The notes beneath the pieces were generated by a model. It ran no database searches, was not told where the DNA came from, and saw only the letters and a list, made by a program, of their open reading frames with translations. Positions 1 through 8,257 of a stretch of 37,259 nucleotides of DNA are shown piece after piece. The translations under genes and the position numbers were made by a program. How positions within the stretch are numbered: position 1 is the first letter of the stretch; each line of letters begins with the position of its first letter. Source of the stretch: Gammaproteobacteria bacterium (GTDB lineage Bacteria > Pseudomonadota > Gammaproteobacteria > QNFN01); the NCBI GenBank assembly GCA_033722135.1, contig JAWVZO010000003.1, forward strand, positions 1 to 37,259, given 5' to 3'.

Positions 1-198
1 CTCCATCGCGTCGCGCGAGGCCTTGGACTCCCAACGGGCGATGGCCAGGAGCACGCCATCCTCGCCGATCTTGCGGTGCAGCTCGGTGCCGAGCGCCCCC
101 GGCGCCTGCTGGATCAGCCGGCTGGCGCGCACCCAGGCGTCAGCGTATTCCTCGACGGTGTGACCCTCGCGGATACGGACCTCGAAGACGAATTTCAT
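1..198 (-). CDS. Antibiotic biosynthesis monooxygenase (ABM)-family protein, 3' end outside window
   Basis: Not in ORF track. Manual translation from ATG 198: MKFVFEVRIREGHTVEEYADAWVRASRLIQQAPGALGTELHRKIGEDGVLLAIARWESKASRDAME. The 'PG..G.ELHR...W.S' pattern is typical of ABM dimeric alpha/beta barrels; AGGGGG RBS upstream. Confidence 0.75.
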   Translation of the reverse strand, partial: MKFVFEVRIREGHTVEEYADAWVRASRLIQQAPGALGTELHRKIGEDGVLLAIARWESKASRDAME

Positions 199-404
199 GG
201 AGCCCCCTGTTCTGGCCGCCCGGTGCACGGAGCGGGGCCCCGCGAGGAGGACGGCAGGTCGGCGTGTCCGCTGCGCAGCGCCCGGCATTACGACGGCGGC
301 ATCGTACCATCGGGCCGCCGAGGGATGGGGACGGTGTCGGCTCGCGTGGGGCGAGGCGCAGAGCCAGACCTCCGGACACCATCCGGGGTCAGTCGCGTGG
401 GGCG

Positions 405-857
405 TCATCGCTCCATCGCCGCGATCAGTTGCGCGGGAATCATCTCGATCAACTCACGCCTCGACGCCCCGTCGGAGCCGGTGTAGTCGAGCGTGGCTAG
501 GGGGGCGATCCCGTCCCCGGACCGCCCGATGTCCTGCGCGGGCGCGGACAGCTGTCCGGCCAGGAACAGCTCGTGCCCGTCGGCCAGGGTGAGGGATGGG
601 AACCGGCCGTAGACGGTTCTGGGCGGGATGAGGTCCATGATCGAGAGCGTGCCGTCGGCCACGTCCTCGCCGCTGTAGTTGAACAGACGAAGCGAGAAGA
701 GGACCTCTACCTGGCCGTCGCGCTCGGCGACCGGCTTGGCATGGAAATGGCCGACGAACAGGAGCTTGGCCGTGCCCACGGGTTTCGGGTCATCATCCAG
801 ACGCGCGGGCCGGGCAAACCACGCGGCGACCGAAGACAGCCTGCCCAGCCGCATCAT
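405..857 (-). CDS. Hypothetical protein (~150 aa; alternative start 887)
   Basis: Protein-like composition after M38 of the 405..968 ORF; RBS-like AAGGGA before ATG 857 and AGGGAG before ATG 887; no recognisable family. Confidence 0.6.
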   Translation of the reverse strand: MMRLGRLSSVAAWFARPARLDDDPKPVGTAKLLFVGHFHAKPVAERDGQVEVLFSLRLFNYSGEDVADGTLSIMDLIPPRTVYGRFPSLTLADGHELFLAGQLSAPAQDIGRSGDGIAPLATLDYTGSDGASRRELIEMIPAQLIAAMER

Positions 858-996
858 CGGCGATCCCTTGGTGTCACAACGACGCATGGGGTCTCTCCCT
901 CGCGGACACGCGATTCCCGACGGGTCGGCGCGCTGACTGGGCGGCGCGGTCCGTCGTCCTGGGCCCAATCTCTACAGCGTGCGGGAGGTCATCGCA

Positions 997-1012
997 TCCC
1001 CCGGATGGGGGA
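997..1012. promoter_or_regulatory. Palindrome TCCCCC-GGAT-GGGGGA, candidate operator of the adjacent LuxR-type regulator
   Basis: Perfect 6-bp inverted repeat with 4-nt spacer in the divergent intergenic region. Confidence 0.35.
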
Positions 1013-1164
1013 GGGCCGTCGTCACCCGCTTGTGCCGTCCTGCTTTGCATAATCGGCATTCCGAAAAGATAATCCGTGTCGATCATGTGGTTACGGTCCC
1101 GATGTGCATCCGCCCTTCCGAGGGGCCGTCCATCGCGCCCATGCACGACCTGCGGAGCGAATCG

Positions 1165-2346
1165 ATGCAGTCCACCTCGCACCTGCTGGAACTGGTCGGT
1201 GAGCTCTACGACACCGCGACGGACATCGACGGCTGGCCGAGGTTCCTCGAGCGACTGACCCGGTTCTTCGCCGCCGACGGCGCGCAGTTCCGGCACACGG
1301 ATGTCGCCGAAGACTGCTACACGGTCACCTTCACCCACGGTTTCGACTCCTCGCGCGGGCTGAGCCTCGAGGAGGCCAACGCACGTTACGAACCGTTGAC
1401 CCTCGAAGACCCGCGAACCCTCGCCGGGATGCGTTACCCGGGCAAGCCGATCTCCTGCCGGTTGCACGTCGGGGAGGCGGCGCTACACGCCACCGAGGTG
1501 TACCGGCGCGTGCTGAAACCGATCGGTGCCGAGTATTCGATGGCCGTCTGGCTGCCGGACGAGGAGGCACGAACCTTCACCGCGGTGGGGCTTTGGCGTG
1601 GTCCCGAGTCGAGTCTCTTCACGCAGGAGGAGGCCGACCTTTTCGGACAGATCGTGCCGCACATGAACAAGGCGTTGAAGATTTACAAGCGGCTCACCGA
1701 ATCCGACCTCACGGCCCGGGTCAGCGAGTCGCTGCTCGACGATATCGGCCTGGGCATTCTGCTGGTCGACGCGTCGTTGCGGGTCCGCCTCGCGAACCGG
1801 AGCGCACGGGAACTCGCCGCGCGGCAGGAGGGATTCGCTCTCCTCAGTGATCGCCTCGTGCCGTCGACCGTCGAGGACAGTCGCGTGCTCAGGTCGGCCG
1901 TCCAGCGGCTCCTGGATGACGCCTCGTCGGAGCATGCCTCCCCGGGCGAGGCGCTGTCGCTTCGGCGTCCCTCGGGTGCCGCGCCGCTCTACGTGACCGT
2001 CAGCCGGCTCGACAACGGGCCGGCGAAAGAATCCGTACCGTCCCGGCAGGAGTCCCTGGCGGTGCTGTTCGTCGCCGACCCGGAGCGCTCGCTGGAGTGC
2101 CCGGCGGAGGTCCTGCAGCGGCTGTTCGGCCTGACTCCCAGGGAAGCCGAACTGCTCGGCCTGCTGGTCGGGGGCGAGCCCTTAAGGCAAGTGTCAGGCC
2201 AGCTCGGTATCGGCCTGGAGACGGCCCGTAGCCACCTCAAGAGCGTATTCATGAAAACCGGGACCCAGCGGCAGGGGGACCTGATCCGACTGGTCATGTC
2301 CACGCCAGCGTGGCTGCGGGCGCGTGAGGAAGCGCGCGAGGTGTGA
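1165..2346 (+). CDS. LuxR-family HTH transcriptional regulator with N-terminal sensor and PAS-like domain
   Basis: C-terminal 'FGLTPREAELLGLLVGG...VSGQLGIGLETARSHLKSVFMKTGTQRQGDL' LuxR HTH; 'GILLVDASLRVRLANRSA' PAS-like segment; GGAG RBS before ATG 1165. Confidence 0.85.
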   Translation: MQSTSHLLELVGELYDTATDIDGWPRFLERLTRFFAADGAQFRHTDVAEDCYTVTFTHGFDSSRGLSLEEANARYEPLTLEDPRTLAGMRYPGKPISCRLHVGEAALHATEVYRRVLKPIGAEYSMAVWLPDEEARTFTAVGLWRGPESSLFTQEEADLFGQIVPHMNKALKIYKRLTESDLTARVSESLLDDIGLGILLVDASLRVRLANRSARELAARQEGFALLSDRLVPSTVEDSRVLRSAVQRLLDDASSEHASPGEALSLRRPSGAAPLYVTVSRLDNGPAKESVPSRQESLAVLFVADPERSLECPAEVLQRLFGLTPREAELLGLLVGGEPLRQVSGQLGIGLETARSHLKSVFMKTGTQRQGDLIRLVMSTPAWLRAREEAREV

Positions 2347-2393
2347 CGGTCCGCGGACAGGCCGTTCCGGTAGCGGGTCCAGGCCCCGCCGCG

Positions 2394-3293
2394 TCAGGCG
2401 GGCGTAACGTAGTGGTCGACCAGCAGTAGCGCGAAGAGCAGCCCGATGTAGAGGATCGAGTAGGAGAAGACGCGCAGGGCCTGGCGGTCGTCGTCGGTCC
2501 GGTAGAGGCGCCAGGCCTGCAGCACGAAGATCGCGCCGAGCACGACCGCGCCCGCGAGGTAGAGCCCGCCGCTCATGCCAGCGCCGAACGGGAACAGCGA
2601 CACGGCGAGCAGCATCACCGCGTAGAGCAGCACCTGCAGCTTGGTGAACGCGACGCCGTGGGTGACCGGCAGCATCGGGATCCCGGCGCGCCGGTAATCC
2701 TCGCGGCGATGGATCGCCAGCGGCCAGAAGTGGGGCGGCGTCCAGGTGAAGACGATCAGGAACAGCAGCACCGCGTGGAGGTGGACCTCGCCGGTCATCG
2801 CCGCCCAGCCGAGCACCGGCGGCATGGCGCCGGCGGCACCGCCCCAGACGATGTTCTGCGGCGTGCTGCGTTTGAGCAGCACGGTGTAGACCACGCCGTA
2901 GCCGATCAGCGAGGCGAAGCTGAGAATCGCCGTGAGCGGGTTGACCAGGGTCGCCAGCAGGATCACCGAGAAGAAGCCGAGGCCGATCGCGAGCGCCAGC
3001 GCGTGGCTCGCCGGTACGCTGCCGGTCGGCAGCGGGCGGCGCCGGGTGCGCTGCATGTGCCCATCGCTCTCGCGCTCGATCAGGTGGTTGAGCGCGGCAC
3101 CGCTGGCCGCGGCGGCCGCGATGCCCAGGGTGCCGAAGAGCAGGGGCGCCCAAGGTGCGGGGCCCTCGACCGCCAGCAGCATGCCCACGATCGCGGTGAA
3201 GACGATCATCAGCACCACCTTCGGCTTGGTCAGCTCGAGGTAGCAAGCGAGCGTCGGTCGGGCGGCGGCGGAAAGGGTCTCGGTCCGGTACAT
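2394..3293 (-). CDS. ctaB: Protoheme IX farnesyltransferase (heme O synthase)
   Basis: 'YLELTKPKVV', 'N..IERESDGHMQRTRRRPLPTG', 'WTPPHFWPLA', 'EDYRRAGIPMLPV' motifs of CtaB/CyoE. Confidence 0.95.
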   Translation of the reverse strand: MYRTETLSAAARPTLACYLELTKPKVVLMIVFTAIVGMLLAVEGPAPWAPLLFGTLGIAAAAASGAALNHLIERESDGHMQRTRRRPLPTGSVPASHALALAIGLGFFSVILLATLVNPLTAILSFASLIGYGVVYTVLLKRSTPQNIVWGGAAGAMPPVLGWAAMTGEVHLHAVLLFLIVFTWTPPHFWPLAIHRREDYRRAGIPMLPVTHGVAFTKLQVLLYAVMLLAVSLFPFGAGMSGGLYLAGAVVLGAIFVLQAWRLYRTDDDRQALRVFSYSILYIGLLFALLLVDHYVTPA

Positions 3294-3300
3294 CGTTCAC

Positions 3301-3894
3301 TCACCAGCTGCGCGACAGGCGCAGCAGCCGTTTCAGATCCTTGAGGACGTCGCCCGGCGCGATCTCGGAGACATCGTAACGCAGCACGAGATCGCCTCGC
3401 GGGTCGCCCAGCAGCAACGTCGGCGACCCGCGGGCGATCCTGGCCAGCACAGGGCTGGCCAGGGCCAAGCGGAGATCGGGGGAGTCCTCGAGCAGGCGCT
3501 CCCGGACCGCCGCCGCGGGCGGGACCTCGAAGGCGACGATCCGCGTGACCCGCTGCATGTCCATGCCCGCCGCGCGGCGCGCCTGGCGCAGCGTGACGTG
3601 GCGGCTCCGGCACGCCTCGGCGCACGGTCCCGGCTCTACGGCGAGCAGGAGCCAGTCGTTCGGGTCCGGCGTGACGGCGAACGGACGGCCGTCGAGATCG
3701 CGGAGCGCCAGCGCGCCGAACGGCACCGGCGGCTCGAGCAGCGTGCCGCGGGCGCCCGGATCGGGAAGCCACTGCGGGTTCAGGTAGAGGAGCCACGCGC
3801 CGACGAACGGGAACGCGGCGATCGCCGCGAGGAGCAGCAGCACCCGCCGGTTGTGGCGGCGCCGCGCCTCGAGCGGCTGCGCGGCGGCGTTCAT
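3301..3894 (-). CDS. Cox-cluster membrane-anchored protein (thioredoxin/SCO-like fold)
   Basis: N-terminal TM helix, 'GTLLEPPVP', CxxxC 'CAEAC', 'DPRGDLVLRY...KDLKRLLRLS'; ATGA overlap with surf1; usual position downstream of surf1. Confidence 0.75.
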   Translation of the reverse strand: MNAAAQPLEARRRHNRRVLLLLAAIAAFPFVGAWLLYLNPQWLPDPGARGTLLEPPVPFGALALRDLDGRPFAVTPDPNDWLLLAVEPGPCAEACRSRHVTLRQARRAAGMDMQRVTRIVAFEVPPAAAVRERLLEDSPDLRLALASPVLARIARGSPTLLLGDPRGDLVLRYDVSEIAPGDVLKDLKRLLRLSRSW

Positions 3895-4613
3895 GCCGGG
3901 GCGCCCGTCCGGCGTCCGAACGCATGGCGCACCCAGAGCACCAGCGCGATTGCGGCGAAGGCGAACCACTGCACCGCGTAGCCGACGTGCAGGGACGGGG
4001 CCAGCCCGCCGGTCGGTCGGCGCCAGTCGCGGACGAAGCCGTGGGGCGCGTCGGGGTCGAGGAGCAGGGCCGCCGGGAGCGGGACCACCCCGGCCACGTC
4101 GGCGTAGGCGGCTGGGTCGAGGCGCGACCAGGGCGCCCGCCACGGCGCCTCGGCCGGGGCAGCCGGGCCGAGCTCGAGCGCGGGTGGCTGGGGATGCACC
4201 AGGCGGCCGGTGAGGACGACGCCGCCGTCGGGGGGCGGCGTTGCGCGGCCCGCGTCGGCTACCCACCCCCGGTTGACGAGCAGCTCGGCGCCGCCGTCCA
4301 GGCGCAGCGGAGTGATCACGTGGACGCCGCGTCGGCCGGCGTGGAGGCGGTCGCCGACCACGAACTGGTGCGCGGCGACGAACTCGCCGCGGGCCTCGAC
4401 CCGGGCGAACTCCAGCGCCTCCCAGTCCGGGCGCGCGGGCAGCGGCGTGGCCACGGGGGCATCCCAGCGCGCGTCGAGCCGGGCGCGCAGGACCCGCTTG
4501 GTCTCGGCGCGGTCGAGCTGCCAGAGGCCGAGCGAGCAGAACAGCGGCACGGCGATCAGCATGGCGAGCGTCGGGACCGGTCCCGGGCGGAAGGTGAGTT
4601 GTCCAAGGCGCAT
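3891..4613 (-). CDS. surf1: SURF1-family cytochrome oxidase biogenesis protein
   Basis: 'LGLWQLDRAETK', 'VITPLRL', 'LLVNRGWV', 'H.GYAVQWFAFA'. Confidence 0.92.
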   Translation of the reverse strand: MRLGQLTFRPGPVPTLAMLIAVPLFCSLGLWQLDRAETKRVLRARLDARWDAPVATPLPARPDWEALEFARVEARGEFVAAHQFVVGDRLHAGRRGVHVITPLRLDGGAELLVNRGWVADAGRATPPPDGGVVLTGRLVHPQPPALELGPAAPAEAPWRAPWSRLDPAAYADVAGVVPLPAALLLDPDAPHGFVRDWRRPTGGLAPSLHVGYAVQWFAFAAIALVLWVRHAFGRRTGAPA

Positions 4614-4726
4614 CGCACTGCTATACCTTTGCCATTACGCAAAGAGGTGTCGGGTCCGCGGACGCGCGGACGATCGATCCGGCGGCGGGCCTCGAGGCGG
4701 CGCCCCGCAGGCACCCGGAGGTTTCC

Positions 4727-4942
4727 ATGGACATGATCATCAAGGTCCCGATGTTCATCCTGTTGGGGCTGATCATCTTCTCTCTCGGCCAGGCGATGTT
4801 CTTCCTGGGGCGTGACGACGGCGAGACCGACCGCACGCGGATGGTCCGCGCGCTCACGGTCCGCATCACCCTCTCGCTGATCCTGTTCGGGCTGCTGATG
4901 GTGGGCTACTACTTCGGGATGGTCGAGCCGCACGCCAGGTAG
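4727..4942 (+). CDS. Twin-transmembrane-helix small protein (DUF2909-like)
   Basis: 'IIFSLGQAMFFL...RMVRALTVRITLSLILF...G...PH'; GGAGG RBS; typical antisense position between coxC and surf1. Confidence 0.85.
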   Translation: MDMIIKVPMFILLGLIIFSLGQAMFFLGRDDGETDRTRMVRALTVRITLSLILFGLLMVGYYFGMVEPHAR

Positions 4943-4966
4943 CGGCGGCGGACGGGACTGGCCGCG

Positions 4967-5842
4967 TCAGAGCCAGTAGACGAAGACGAACAGGCCGAGC
5001 CAGACCACGTCGACGAAGTGCCAGTACCAGGCCACCGCCTCGAAGGCGAAGTGGTTGTGCGGCGAGAAGTGGCCCTTCCTCGCGCGAACGAGGATCGCCA
5101 TCAGCATGATCGCGCCGATGGTCACGTGCATGCCGTGGAAGCCGGTCAGGATGTAGAAGGTCGATCCGTAGACCCCCGAGGCGAGGGTCAGGTTGAGGTC
5201 CACGTAGGCGTGCCGGTACTCGTAGGCCTGGAAGCCGACGAACAGCACGCCGAGTGCGATGGTCGCGACCAGACCGCGGATCAGGGTCTTCTGGTCGTTG
5301 AGCTTCAGCCCCCAGTGGGCCCAGGTGATCGTCGCGCCGCTGGTCAGCAGGATCAGGGTGTTGAGCGCCGGGATGCCCCAGGCACCCATCACGGTGTACT
5401 CGCCGCCCAGCGCGCCGGGACCGGCGGTCGGCCAGTCGGCCGCGAACTGGCTGTAGAGGATCTCCGAACTGCCCAGGTACCCGGCACCGCCGAGCCACGG
5501 CACCGCGATGTTGCGGATGTAGTACAGCGCGCCGAAGAAGCTGGCGAAGAAGAACACCTCCGAGGCGATGAACCAGTACATCCCCTGGCGGAACGAGCGG
5601 TCGACCTGGTGGTTGTAGGCGCCCGAGAGGTTCTCCGTGACCACGTCCCGGAACCAGCCGTAGAAGACGTAGCCGATCAGCAGCGCTCCGAGGCCGACGA
5701 CGATTCCGCCAATGGCGACGTCGTTGATCATCAGCGTCGCGCCGAACAGCAGTGCGAACACCGCGAACATCGAGATGAACGGCCACGGGCTCGGTTCCGG
5801 GACGAAGTAGTGGCTACCCGGCGTGTCGCTTGGCTGGCTCAT
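4967..5842 (-). CDS. coxC: Cytochrome c oxidase subunit III
   Basis: 'PSPWP', 'WFIASEVFFF', 'NTLILLTSG', 'TGFHGMHV', 'WYWHFVDVVW'. Confidence 0.96.
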   Translation of the reverse strand: MSQPSDTPGSHYFVPEPSPWPFISMFAVFALLFGATLMINDVAIGGIVVGLGALLIGYVFYGWFRDVVTENLSGAYNHQVDRSFRQGMYWFIASEVFFFASFFGALYYIRNIAVPWLGGAGYLGSSEILYSQFAADWPTAGPGALGGEYTVMGAWGIPALNTLILLTSGATITWAHWGLKLNDQKTLIRGLVATIALGVLFVGFQAYEYRHAYVDLNLTLASGVYGSTFYILTGFHGMHVTIGAIMLMAILVRARKGHFSPHNHFAFEAVAWYWHFVDVVWLGLFVFVYWL

Positions 5843-6461
5843 GGGCGGTCTCGTGGGCCTGGTCTTGGGTGTGATCGTGACCGTCGTCGTGGGCGTGCGG
5901 GCGCGCCACGGCGTCGGGGTCGGTGTTCATGAACGTGTAGGAGACGGTCAGGTGGTTGAACTCGCGGGGCAGGTCGGGCAGCACCGCGAAACGCAGCGGC
6001 ATCTCGACCTCGGCGCCGGCCTCGAGCGTCTGCTCCTGGAAACAGAAGCACTCCACCTTGTCGACATAGGGCGTCGCCTGCCAGGGCGTGACGTTGACCA
6101 CGGCGCGCCCGGTGATCGTCCGCGCCGCGTTGTTGCGTGCGGTGTAGCTCGCCGTGTGCAGGCGACCGGTCTCGATCTCCATCTTGCGCGTGACCGGGGC
6201 GAAGTCCCACGGCAGGTCGGCGTGGACGTTGGCGTCGAAGCGCACCGTCACCGGCCGCGCCACCGGCTCCGCGGCGGGCGGGCCGGGCGTGACGATCTCG
6301 ACAGCGCGCTGGCGTGGTGCGTCGGCGACCTGGATGCCGAGCGCCGCGCAGATCTGGCCGTAGAACGGCGCGAGCCCGAAGCCGAGGCCGAACATGGCCA
6401 GCGCGATGCCGCCGATCCACAGGGCGGTCCTGCCGTGGTTCCGGTGCGCCGTGCCCGTCAT
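5814..6461 (-). CDS. ctaG: Cytochrome c oxidase assembly protein CtaG/Cox11 (CuB insertion), His-rich C-tail
   Basis: N-terminal TM helix followed by Cys, 'VRFDANV...LPWDFAP', 'KVECFCFQEQTL', 'TVSYTF'. Confidence 0.92.
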   Translation of the reverse strand: MTGTAHRNHGRTALWIGGIALAMFGLGFGLAPFYGQICAALGIQVADAPRQRAVEIVTPGPPAAEPVARPVTVRFDANVHADLPWDFAPVTRKMEIETGRLHTASYTARNNAARTITGRAVVNVTPWQATPYVDKVECFCFQEQTLEAGAEVEMPLRFAVLPDLPREFNHLTVSYTFMNTDPDAVARPHAHDDGHDHTQDQAHETAHEPAKRHAG

Positions 6462-6604
6462 CGCGCGGCGTTGAGCGCCGTCTGGATCAGGTTCTTCCAG
6501 AACGGCACCGAGGAGAAGAACACGACGATCGCGAACGCGCCGAGGAGCAGCGCGGTGCGGCGGTTCCTGCGCCGGGTGGCGTCGTCTACCGGGGGCGTGG
6601 CCAT
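6458..6604 (-). CDS. Small single-TM protein between coxA and ctaG (48 aa; possible GTG start 6613)
   Basis: MATPPVDDATRRRNRRTALLLGAFAIVVFFSSVPFWKNLIQTALNAAR; stop overlaps ctaG ATG (ATGA); GTG 6613 overlaps the coxA stop. Confidence 0.7.
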   Translation of the reverse strand: MATPPVDDATRRRNRRTALLLGAFAIVVFFSSVPFWKNLIQTALNAAR

Positions 6605-6609
6605 CGCGT

Positions 6610-8202
6610 TCACTTGACGCGCGGGGCCGTTTCCCAGGAGTGGAACGGCGGCGGCGACGGCAGCTCCCACTCGAGTCCGGTCGCGCCCTCCCACGCCTTG
6701 TTGTCGGCCTTCTTGCCGCCGCGGATGCACTTGATGACGATGTACAGGAACAGCAGGTGGCTGAGGCCGTAGATCAGGCCGGCGACGCTCGAGATGAAGT
6801 TGAACTCGGCGAAGATCACGTTGTAGTCGATGATCCGCCGCGGCATCCCGGCCAGTCCCAGGAAGTGCTGGACGAAGAAGGTCAGGTTGAAGCTGATCAT
6901 GTTGACCCAGAAGAAGATCTTGGCCAGCCGCTCGTCGTACATGTGGCCGGTCCACTTCGGCAGCCAGTAGAAGACCGCCGCGAACAGCCCGTAGATCGCG
7001 CCCGGGATCAGCACGTAGTGGAAGTGGGCGACGACGAACATCGAGTCGTGGTACTGGATGTCGGCCGGGATGACCGCGAGCATCACCCCGGTCAGGCCAC
7101 CGAAGCTGAACAGCAGCACCATCGCCGTGGCGAAAAGCATCGGCGTCTCGAAGGTCATCGCGCCGCGCCACATGGTGGCGATGAAGTTGAACAGGATCAG
7201 GCCGACCGGGATCGAGATCAGGATCGTGCCGATCATGAAGTAGTTCACCGCCGCGAACGACATACCGATGGTGTACTGGTGGTGGGCCCAGACCACCATG
7301 CCGAGGGTCGCTATGACCAGCATCGCACCGACCGTCGAGTGGTAGCCGAACAGCGGCTTGCGCGAGAAGGCCGGGATCACCTGGGCCAGCGCGCCGATCG
7401 CCGGCAGGATCAGGATGTAGACCTCGGGGTGACCGAAGAACCAGAACAGGTGCTGGAACAGCACCGGGTCGCCGCCGCCGGCGGCGTTGAAGAAGCTGGT
7501 GCCGAAGTGGCGGTCGAAGAGCAGCATGGTGACTCCGCCGGCGATGATCGGCACCACCAGGATCAGCAGGAACGCGGTGACGAACCAGGCCCAGCAGAAG
7601 ACCGGCATCTTGAACAGGGTCATGCCGGGGGCGCGCATGTTGAGGATCGTGACGATGATGTTGATCGAGGCCAGCACCGAGGAGATGCCGAGCAGGTGGA
7701 TGGCGAAGATCAGGAAGTCCATCGACATGCCGACCTGCACCGAAAGCGGCGGATAGAGCGTCCAGCCGGTGTTGATCTGGGTGCCGCCGCCGGGGAAGAA
7801 CGGCACGATGAACGACAGGATCAGCATCATCGCCGCGGCCGGGAGGATCCAGAAGCTCAGGTTGTTGAGCCGTGGCAGGGCCATGTCGGGCGCGCCGATC
7901 ATCAGCGGGATCATCCAGTTGGCGATACCCGCGCCGGCCGGCATCACCGCGCCGAAGATCATGATCAGCGCGTGGTTGGTCAGGATGTTGTTGTAGAGAT
8001 CCGGGTCGAGGAACTGCAGGCCGGGGAACAGCAGCTCGGCGCGGATCGCCATGGCGGAAAGGCCGCCGAGGAAGAACATGGTCAGCGCGAACAGCAGGTA
8101 GAGCGTGCCGATGTCCTTGTGGTTGGTGCTGTACAGCCAGCGCCGCCAGCCGTACGGATGATGTTCGTGTTCGCTGTGCAGTGTGTCTGCGGTCGTACTC
8201 AT
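6610..8202 (-). CDS. coxA: Cytochrome c oxidase subunit I, A1 type (K-channel residues substituted)
   Basis: 'TNHKDIG', 'PDMALPRLNN', 'GWTLYPPL', 'FGHPEVY', 'WAHH', 'AHFHYV', 'GMPRR'. Confidence 0.98.
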   Translation of the reverse strand: MSTTADTLHSEHEHHPYGWRRWLYSTNHKDIGTLYLLFALTMFFLGGLSAMAIRAELLFPGLQFLDPDLYNNILTNHALIMIFGAVMPAGAGIANWMIPLMIGAPDMALPRLNNLSFWILPAAAMMLILSFIVPFFPGGGTQINTGWTLYPPLSVQVGMSMDFLIFAIHLLGISSVLASINIIVTILNMRAPGMTLFKMPVFCWAWFVTAFLLILVVPIIAGGVTMLLFDRHFGTSFFNAAGGGDPVLFQHLFWFFGHPEVYILILPAIGALAQVIPAFSRKPLFGYHSTVGAMLVIATLGMVVWAHHQYTIGMSFAAVNYFMIGTILISIPVGLILFNFIATMWRGAMTFETPMLFATAMVLLFSFGGLTGVMLAVIPADIQYHDSMFVVAHFHYVLIPGAIYGLFAAVFYWLPKWTGHMYDERLAKIFFWVNMISFNLTFFVQHFLGLAGMPRRIIDYNVIFAEFNFISSVAGLIYGLSHLLFLYIVIKCIRGGKKADNKAWEGATGLEWELPSPPPFHSWETAPRVK

Positions 8203-8257
8203 GGGTCCGTATCCTTGCCGTGTCCGGCCCCGCGGGCCGTAACGGTCACTTCGCGCT

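Noticed and set aside
342-404. 12-bp direct repeat TCGCGTGGGGCG (342-353, 393-404) flanking a hairpin (367-390)
   Set aside because: Only two GC-rich copies and no cas, transposase or integrase; not a CRISPR or a credible target-site duplication. The hairpin may simply end the orphan transcript.
4621-4869. 82-aa minus-strand ORF between surf1 and coxC
   Set aside because: Antisense to the DUF2909-like gene, which has the RBS and the family pattern.
6610-8202. CoxA as a pseudogene, or as a B/C-family oxidase or NOR
   Set aside because: Full-length frame, all metal ligands, the HPEVY Tyr/Glu, D-channel and subunit III are present; the overall sequence is clearly A1-type.
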